Shown in pieces: positions 52,426-64,000 of a stretch of DNA of 64,000 nt (its first letter is position 1; the number at the start of each line of letters is the position of its first letter). Both the position numbers and the translations under genes were made by a program. The notes below the pieces were generated by a model. That model was not told where the DNA came from, ran no database searches, and worked only from the letters and a program-made list of their open reading frames with translations. The DNA is from Chrysomallon squamiferum (taxonomy: Eukaryota > Animalia > Mollusca), in the NCBI GenBank assembly GCA_012295275.1, contig CM022665.1, positions 14,818,001-14,882,000 on the forward strand. The letters run 5' to 3'.

Positions 52426-53597
52426 TGTCCAGTTGACTACACGAATGTAAATGGTTGATGTTTATTTTTACATGGTTTATCTATTTATTCAAAGCACACT
52501 CAAGCAAACTGCCTGTATGTTAAAATGCTGAGTAAGTAAGAGTTGGCAGCATGCTGGTATAAATCATCGTATAAAGAGTGATGTGTGTAAACAGACATGT
52601 AGAAAGATATACGAGATACGTGCTTTTATCATTTGCGTTCAATAGAGACATCAATACAGACAGATACATTATTTATTTATTTATTTATTATCAATTGCTT
52701 TATGATGATGATCATCATCATCATCATTTATTTATTTATTATAAATTTATTTATCATTATTATCATCTTATCGTTATTAATTTATTTTTAATTTTATTAT
52801 CATCATCATCATCATCGTTATTTATTTATTTGTTTATTTATTAGTTATAAGTAAGATATTAAAGCCTTAAATTCTAAGCAGTAATAACAGGTGCACCCCA
52901 CGCTTAATACAGATAATGGGCATATTCCGAACCGTATTGGTGCTGAAATCTTTTGAAAGAAATAAAACATTCCTTCTCTACCTTGGAAGAAGTTACGTTT
53001 ATTTGTCTTGTTGTTACCTGTGTATTGGTCTTTTTTATATTAAACCCTCACACACACACACCATCAGCATATGCACAACGAAGTCCAAAAGCAGAGCGAG
53101 TACTCACGCACACGTGCGGTGATCATGAACTATTGCCGACCATTTCATCACCTCGAAACAAAAGGTCATCATCTCCAACTCAAACAGATGAGAGTAATGT
53201 ATTACAGCTCTGGAACACGATATAAGGAAATGTCGTCAGATTTGTGATTGCGGAAAAAGTAGAAACCATTGAGGAATCCGTGCAAATACAAGCAGTAATG
53301 AAAGATGTCAGAATAGCGAATAGGTATTTTGAAATAAAATAAATATGCATGACATTTGTTTCAATAGAGATAATTTAAAATATAAATATCGTTGTTGATC
53401 CAAATGGACAACTGTATTCTGCATAAAAATATATATTTTTTTTAAATTAATAATTCAAGGTCTCGTCTTTTTTTCAAGGTTGTATCTGCCATGAATTTAC
53501 TGTTAGTGAAATGTGAAATCTGTATAATTAGATATCTAATGTTGTATTAGCGAACAACAGTTACAAGCAAGCAATAGGCAAACTGATACAAATATAT

Positions 53598-55622
<2,025 letters not shown>

Positions 55623-57183
55623 AACAACCTGCAGAGATATAGATCACTGATTTGTGAATTTAAAGATATTTTACTTTAGAGTTCGTTATCTGAGAGTTTG
55701 TACGTGCGTACTTAGTCACGACAGAGCTATTCCCTGTACGAGGTTCTAATCGGAACTGAAGTAAGTGTTGAAAGAAAAAGGTGTGGATGTATATACATCA
55801 ACAACTATCGCAGGGCCGTTCAGCGGTTACCGTACGGTTTTATACTACACTTCCTGCTGTTACTCTGTTCAGTTACAGCTTCTTCTTCCCTATGATTGAA
55901 TTTACTACATTTTATAACTCTGTCGTACACTAATACACGCATGTAAAAAAAAGTTTTAAAACCGATATACACAAAAAAAAACTATTAATTTTTAAAACCG
56001 TCTCACATTAACAAACTCATTAGCATTACGAAACAAAACGCAGAATTACTTTTCGCTGAATCCGCTTTAGCGACTCGGTAATTTCTGTCTTTAGGTCTCT
56101 ATCTGATCTGGACCGATTTCCATCCGAAGTGATTTACGACAAACCTTTTATCTGACACTGTTTCTGATGTACAGAATCGATTAATTTGCAAACACTTACC
56201 TCCGACAAATAAAACAATTAAGGCAAGTCAGTGGACAGTTATTTTGGCATCTTTAAATGAAAGTAAATTAAGAGCAAGGTGTGGGTAATGTTGTAACAGG
56301 AAACATTCGATTTTTAGAATCGATAGATTTAGTTTTGAAATATTCGCGATGTCACGTTATTTTCTACTAAACCAAATGATAAAAAAATGAAGAAACAAAA
56401 AAAGGTGGATTAGAAAAGAAAGAAGAAGAAAGTGAAAAAAAAAAATGAAGAAGAAATAAAGAAAAGGAAGGAAACTGAAGATGACGACAGAAAGTAATTT
56501 CAGAAGCCGTAAATCAATTTAATACGGCTAATTTGTTATCTCACATCACAAAAGAGTCAACTAAATAGGTCAAGGCAAAAGAACGGACCAAAAAAAAAAA
56601 AATTTCAATTTAATCTCATTGCTGCACCGTAGTCATTCAAAATGATATTGTGGTGTAAAAAAGTGACTCACAGCTGTAATGTGATTATATATAATTCATT
56701 TATTCTGCCTTTACACCCTACACTTCTATATCTGCTTTTTTGTGTATTTCTATGTATGTATGTATATGTCTGTCATTTTCTGTTTTTCGATTTTCTCTTT
56801 CATTTTATTTCCTTCTCTATGTCAGATTTATACAACAATGAGTGATTACTTTTCTTTCAAATAATAATAGTAACAATAACAGCAACAGCATCCTAACTAA
56901 TAATATTAATAATACTTCTTATTATTATTACTGTTATTGTTTTCATTATCATAATCAAGAATAAAGAAGCAGCAGTAGTAGTAGTAAAGTTGCAGTAATA
57001 GTAGAACATATGATAAATAAAGATGCGAAGTATCTATGATTTCATGTAGATGATTTAAGAAACAAAAACAACAAAGTAATGTTAAATTTCATTGGTTGAT
57101 TCAAAATACAACGCGCAAACAATTAAATGACGTCATGATTTAGAGTCAGAGGTCTTTACGCTGCCGTTTCTTAATAAAAGGTA

Positions 57184-57220
<37 letters not shown>

Positions 57221-57352
57221 CTGTTTCATTTTTCATAACACGGCTTTTAAACTTGAAATAATAGTATTGGTATGTTTTCAATTCAAGAAAGATGTATGGT
57301 TCACCTACAGTAACTGTATTTAGTTATATTTTCTTCTTCTTCTTCATCATCA

Positions 57353-57412
<60 letters not shown>

Positions 57413-58159
57413 TATTATTACTATTATTATTCGTTGTTGTTTTTGTTATTCTTATTATTATTTTTTTTTTGTTTTTGTTTTTTTATTGTTAGTGGTTGTG
57501 TTACTGCTCATTTTAGTATTGTTTCTACTGCTGCAGTTCTTTTTCTAGTAGTAGCTTTATATATGTATATATGTATGTATAAATATATAGGTATGTATTT
57601 CCCTGATTACAGAATGATAGAGTGAGACAGAGAGAAACGGACAGATGGATAAATGAGAATGAAGGAAGGAAGGAAGAAGGCAATAGTTATAAACACCATT
57701 TATTATATGCACATTTTTATAGTTAACAGCCAAATGTTATTATAATGAACTTTAACGATGCATTTTAAGTGATGAATACAGAGACATAAAATTCAGAACT
57801 AGCTAGCACAACTAGGCGGCTACAGTGTATTTTTGCTCTGAACATTTCAGTAAGGTTATTCAACGTTTTTGAGATAGATACATTACTAAACGGGACATAC
57901 GCTGGGTTTTTTTTTTTTTTTTTTTTTTTTTTAACACCAAGTCTTCAGTAACTGGTGTGTGACTTCAAAAGTAGATAATCAGCCAGGCGTGACAGGAAAT
58001 AAAATTAAGAGAGCTCGCTTTATAGAAAGCTGCGGTTGTCACGAATTGTGAAGAATAACATTACAGATCAGTCATTTTCCACGCATGAGCAATTTTCTTT
58101 GCACATTTGTGATGGGCGTTTCCAACCACAAACCACGAGAATATGTATATAGTAATATA

Positions 58160-58410
58160 CACAGCAACATGTACAGCATTGTATTGAGTCATATTATATA
58201 GCAATGCTTTATTATACTTATAGCAAAGTACTAGGACGTGTATAGCTACGTATTAGAATGTGTATAGTAATGTATCAGAAAGTTTAGAGCAGTGTATTAG
58301 GAGATGTAGAGCAGCTGTATTAGAACTTATGTAGCAATGTATTAAAAATTATCTAGCAATATATTAGAATGTGTAGAGCAATGTATTAGAACGTGTATAA
58401 CAATGTATTA
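58160..58410. repeat. ~21-bp degenerate minisatellite
   Basis: Unit tagcaatgtattagaatgtgta repeated roughly ten times. Confidence 0.8.
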
Positions 58411-58865
58411 AAAAGTCACTTTACGTATCTGTGTTTATGTTTTACGTATAATGAAGTACAAAGCTGTGAAATATCGAAATAAAAACATCGACACATATGT
58501 AGGTACGTCTAAAATAATAATTTATTTTGATAATGTATATATAACATCTATGCATGTACGTGTCACCACTTGTCACTGACTTTGAGACACACACCCACAC
58601 ACACACAATTTACATTTAAAAAATAAATAAATAAATTTATTATTATTCTTTTTTTTTTTTATCCCTCAGAATTAATACTGACATAATTTGCATAACTAGT
58701 AATAAGTGAATAAATAAATAAATAAATATGTCTGCCGTTTATAAACCAGAGTATTTCTGCATGAACATTTTTTAAATTTTTTAAACTGTTTTAATTTTGA
58801 ATAATGAATTCCCAACAGGACAATACATTATGTCTGTGTATATGACATGATAAAGCAATATTAGA

Positions 58866-58955
58866 CGAATAGTGGTTAAAACTTCCAACGTATGTTTTTC
58901 ACGTTCTGGGGTCGATTCTTCAGGTCGGCTTTGCTCCATATGGCTAGGTGTAACA
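58866..58955 (+). mobile_element. tRNA-derived SINE head relic
   Basis: tagtggttaa (A box-like) and ggggtcgattc (B box-like) at tRNA spacing, without intact stems. Confidence 0.35.
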
Positions 58956-59921
58956 CAACAAATTTTATTTTAAAATTAGATTATAAAATACTACATAATT
59001 AGCATGGAGAATTCTGGGTTATGAATTATGCTTGTTATGACCAGCGCATTAAGCTTTCCCAATTACTGAATTGATACATGTCTAACGACATTTCTATTTA
59101 TTTTAATGTCAGCTGTTGTTGCTAGCAGAAAACTCGTTATTCTTTTTTTATCTTTTTTAAACTGTTTGTTTATATATATAATATATACACCATTAATATT
59201 TGTGCAGCTGAATATGTATCAGTCTATCTCTCTGTCTGTCTGCCTTTCTGTTTTTCGGTCTGTTTCTCTATCTGTCTATCTAGCTGTCTTTCTATTAATG
59301 TTATCTCAGCATTCTTTACAATTTATCTATATACTATACCCACCTTTGTCTGAGCTAGCGAGGATACGTGATACTGCAGGCGATAGATATAGTATGTGGG
59401 TCTTTTTATAAAACTATTATATTACATAGTAGTTCGTAACGTTTTGTAACCTGAAAAGCCTCGACATGGGTGAACGGTTTATGGTAACTGTAATACACAC
59501 ACAGACAACAGAATAGGTAAAAAGGGTTTGATGTGACTCAGTAGGTAGTATTAATTAATTTCTGACACTGTCAAGGAGTCTGTAGAACATCACTGTTTAT
59601 CTTAAAAAAGAAACTTGAAACACGTTGACCATGATGAATAAAAAGGAAAGAAGAATTTAGAAAGGGGAGTACAACAGACTCAGACTAAAAGTATACTCAT
59701 AGTGAAATGTATTGGTTCGAATGAGATGGACAAGTTGACAGAATGGGTTGACAGACAGAGAACATCAGACAGACAGTGGAATAGACGGAAAAGCAAGCTA
59801 CTAGATAAACGTCATAGATACGGATGGATAATTTGTTAATACATACATCGCTCATGCATGCATGCTTATATATGCGTGTGTGTACGTATATGTGTGTGTG
59901 TGTATATATGTGTGTATATAT

Positions 59922-59976
<55 letters not shown>

Positions 59977-60689
59977 TCTATACACACACATAAACACACG
60001 GATATAAACGCATGCATACACATATAAATAGAAATAGAAGGACAAAGGGACAGAGAGACAGATAGATAGATATATGTATAGATATATATGTTAGATAGAC
60101 AGACAGAGAGAGAAAGAGAGTGGCAAATTTGTTTGGCTGTCTATTTTTCTGATCTTTTTGTCTCTTCAAATACGTGTGTATATGTAAACACACGTATATA
60201 TATATAGTAATACATGTGTGTGTGTATAAAGATAAACAGAAAGATACAGATAACACAGATACAAAGACCCACGAACATTCACGTAATTATTATACATGAA
60301 GTTTTTTACACATCACCATATAGACAAAGCAATTTTTTATTTTTATTTTTTATTAAATGATCCCTAGACATATGATTTATGTCTGAACCGGAGAATAACA
60401 ACAATAGAACAGTCAGTAAACAACAAAGACAAATGTTACGTTATCATCTATCGCAGACTAACTGAGGTATCTGATAACGGTACCGTACACTGATATCCGT
60501 ACAAGGATGTGTATGGTAATTTTGATATGTTATGTCAGTATGTAAGCTATATAATTAACACCACTTTTTTATTTTTATATTTTTTACTTTTTTACCTTTT
60601 TATTATTATTATTATTATTATTTTTTTTTTTATTATTTCTTCTCAAAATAGATAAATAGGAAGTCGTAAAAAAAAAATAATAATAGAAC

Positions 60690-60733
<44 letters not shown>

Positions 60734-61029
60734 ATTAAAAAAGTAATAATAAAAAATAGTCGATCTAGAAATTGAATGTAATACTGAAACAAAAACAACA
60801 ATTGTGGTCCATTTAAAACGTGTGTCGACGGATATAGGGTTAATAATTCATTCCAGTCACGTAACGGGTTTTTTTTGTTTATAAATATTTTTATACATGT
60901 CTGTCAGAGAAGTGATTACTGGCTGGTGTCATGTCGACCTGAACAGTTATTCGTTCACAGTGACCCGACCAACTTTCTCTTTATCCATCTCGGAAAGAGA
61001 CAACGTATCGTACGAAATTAAGGAAACAT

Positions 61030-62190
61030 TAGTGTGGCGATATATCGTAACATTCTACACTTTGAATGTTTCACGTCAGAATTTGTGTAATTAGCATGTG
61101 GCGACATATCGTAATATTTACGTCAGAATTTTTGTAATTAGCATGTGGCGATATATCGTAATATTTTACACTGTTTGAATGTTTCACGTTAGAATTTTTG
61201 TAATTAGCATCGTAACATTTTTCAGTTATCAAGAGTTTATCATTATAAATTTTAAAATCAGAATATAGTGATATTTAGGCATAATTTTCACTCTGGTATA
61301 ACAATATTTGTAATCATCGTTTAGCGATATATTAGCATATTTTTTAGTCTATTATAAGAATTTTTTGTAAACCAGAATGTATCGATATATCGGCATTCCC
61401 CCCCCCCCCACTATTTAAATACTAGTATTTGAATTTTTAAAGTCAGAATGTAGCGATATTTCGGCATAATTTCAGTCGTTAAGAGTTTAATGTTAAAATT
61501 TTTAAAGTCAGGCAAAATTTTCAGCGTAGTATTAGAATTTTCGTAATGAGAATGTATAGCTATTTCGGCATTTTTCAACCGTGTTTAAAGGTAGCAATAT
61601 TTGGGCACAACTCGTAGTCATTAAAATATAATGTGATGATTTTTCACCATATTGTTCACTTATCGAGAGTTTTGTATCAAACTTTTTAATCAGAATATAG
61701 CGATATTTATGCATATTTTTTCAGTCTATTTCCATACATTTTTATAAAGAGAATGTATCGATATTTCATCGGTTTTACAATGTTTAAAAGTTTCGCACCA
61801 GAAGTTTCCTATTTAGCATGTGGCGATATTTCATCTTACTTTTCAGTCTTTACAACTTTGGTATATCAGAATTTTTAAAATCCGCTTATGACAATTTTTT
61901 GGTATCAAAATTTCTGTAATCGGCATGTAACGATATTTCACCATATTGTTCAGTTATCGAAAGTTTTGCAACAAAGTTTTTCTGATCATAATGAAAAAAT
62001 ATTTTAGCGTAATTTAAAATTTTTAAGAGTTTGCTATCAGAGAATTTGTAATCAACATGTGGCCATATTTCGGCATAATTTCCAGTCACTGAGAATATAG
62101 TATCAGAATTAATTTTATGATCAGAATGTGGCCACACTTCACAATATCCTTCATTTATCATGTTTTGCAACAGAATTGTTATTTCCAGTT
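61030..62190. repeat. ~60-63-bp degenerate tandem minisatellite
   Basis: Recurring tcagaatttttgtaat.agcatgtggcgatatttcggcataattttcagt unit through ~1.15 kb. Confidence 0.85.
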
Positions 62191-62224
62191 TGGCATAACA
62201 AATATCATCATATCAGGATTCTGC

Positions 62225-62266
62225 GGCTTATTTTTTAATTTTTATTTTATTTTATTTTATTTTATT

Positions 62267-62313
<47 letters not shown>

Positions 62314-62316
62314 TTA

Positions 62317-62373
<57 letters not shown>

Positions 62374-62950
62374 TGTTTTATTGTATTATTATTATTTTTT
62401 AATTATTTAGAATTAGGAATCAGGACATTCGTAATCATCACGTGATCGTATTTCACTATATTCTGTGTTATAATGAGATTGGTATCATGGTTGTTTTAAC
62501 AGACGTGGAGTGATTTCAGTATACTAATCTATTGTCAGTAGTATCTGATTCGAATATAATTACTATATATATATAGTTCACTGATCAGATTTAGTATCAG
62601 TCTAGCAGAAATGTATGTACACATATACACATGCATACATACAGACATACGTACATATTTATCTATAGGTATATGTACATTTACACACATGTAGACAGAC
62701 AGACATACAGATAGATAGATAGATAGATAGATAGAAAGACAGACAGACAGACAGGCAGGCAGATAGATGGATGGATGGATGGATGGATGGATAGATAGAT
62801 AGACAGACAGACCAACGGATGGATGGATAGATAGATAGATAGATATACAGACAGATAGATACAATCATAGATTTAGATGGATGGATAGATGGACAGGCAT
62901 ATACATAAATATGTACGTGTGTGTGTGTGTGTGTGTGTGTGTGTATTTGT
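62225..62950. repeat. (TTTA)n, (TTA)n, (GATA)n/(GACA)n/(GATG)n and (GT)n simple repeats
   Basis: Direct inspection. Confidence 0.9.
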
Positions 62951-64000
62951 GTTTGTGTGATCAAAAAGTTTAAATAATCATAAATATTTTCAGTGAACAA
63001 ATATTAATACTATTTAAAACAAATCTTACTTAAAATTTAAATATATCTTGAACAAATAAATATAAACCATACATCTAAATATAACTCTCTAACAAAATCT
63101 CGCATTCGCATTTAAATAAACGTTTTTACTGATCACACACAAATGTTACTCATACTCTCAATGCAAGCCTTTTGTTAAACGTTTCACCTACATTTCAGAT
63201 ACAGCTTACTAGCAACTAAATAAAAAATCTTACTTAACCGTTTAACATATATAACTTTTCTGTTAAATCTTTCAGTCAGTTTACACAAATCTTAAACTTA
63301 AACTTTAAATATAACGTTCAACCTGGCCTGCACTTCAAAGCTTAAATTATAGATATACGTACAGGACAAAAACCAGATCTTATCAGACCTTTAACCTTCA
63401 CCAGAAACATACAAGTCACAAACCGCTAACCAGAACAAAACAGGTTCAGAAGTACAGGTTTAGTTTTACGATATTATGAACACGGGCCTGCCGAGGCGAT
63501 GCATGGCGGCAGTATGTGTATGTTTGTCTGCCTGCCTGCCTGGTCGAGACGCTGGGTTATATATGTGTGTATGTACAGAGAAAATAAGTAAACTGAATCA
63601 GCCTTGCACAGAAAGTCGAGAATAGTTTATATATATTTATATACTCGAGGGCACTGAACTTTATCAGTTGAGGTCAGAACCTGGAAATTCGTATTCGGAA
63701 TCCACTGTATAGATTAATTGTGAATATGTTATTAATAGAAGGATAATCGCGTTTTCCGCCTGGCTGTAGTCGAAAGCGCACGCGAAACGAGGGCGAGATC
63801 ATGGTTTTAATATTATTTATTTATTTCTTTGTTATATAATTTGTTGATTTAAACCGTACTTAAACTACCCCCGCACACACATACACACAAACATATATCG
63901 AATGAAATACATATACGCACACATCTACAGACATACATACGTCTTAACACACACAAAATATATATATATATATATATATAATCTATATGAGTATACTCAC

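Noticed and set aside
58866-58955. tRNA gene
   Set aside because: Only degenerate A/B-box-like motifs; acceptor and anticodon stems cannot be formed.
61030-62190. CRISPR-like repeat-spacer appearance
   Set aside because: The whole unit is homologous between copies (no unique spacers), the context is an intron-rich animal genome and there are no cas genes.

Overview
AT-rich, microsatellite-rich animal genomic DNA (probably lophotrochozoan/mollusc, inferred from the FoxO sequence and repeat content). The ORF track misses most of the genes because they are spliced. By hand I could reconstruct three: (1) the 5' ~615 codons of the meiotic ZMM gene TEX11/ZIP4 on the minus strand (20 phase-consistent GT-AG coding exons, 15263 to 1, running off the left edge); (2) an unrecognised multi-exon plus-strand gene (~237 aa, acidic N-terminal half, helical C-terminal half) placed head-to-head with TEX11 across a ~300-bp CpG-retaining promoter; (3) a complete two-exon FoxO CDS (26395..26739 + 38398..39933, 626 aa) with an 11.7-kb intron and probably a very long 3' UTR. 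Introns carry a long-TIR Sola2-like DNA transposon, a Tigger/pogo remnant, a hAT-type MITE, and LINE and SINE relics. The last ~16 kb has no gene I can recognise, only simple repeats, a ~60-63-bp minisatellite and promoter-like patches. Best leads: the TEX11(-)/FoxO(+) linkage, which mirrors human TEX11-FOXO4, and the orphan gene sharing the TEX11 promoter. No prokaryote-type systems such as CRISPR are present.
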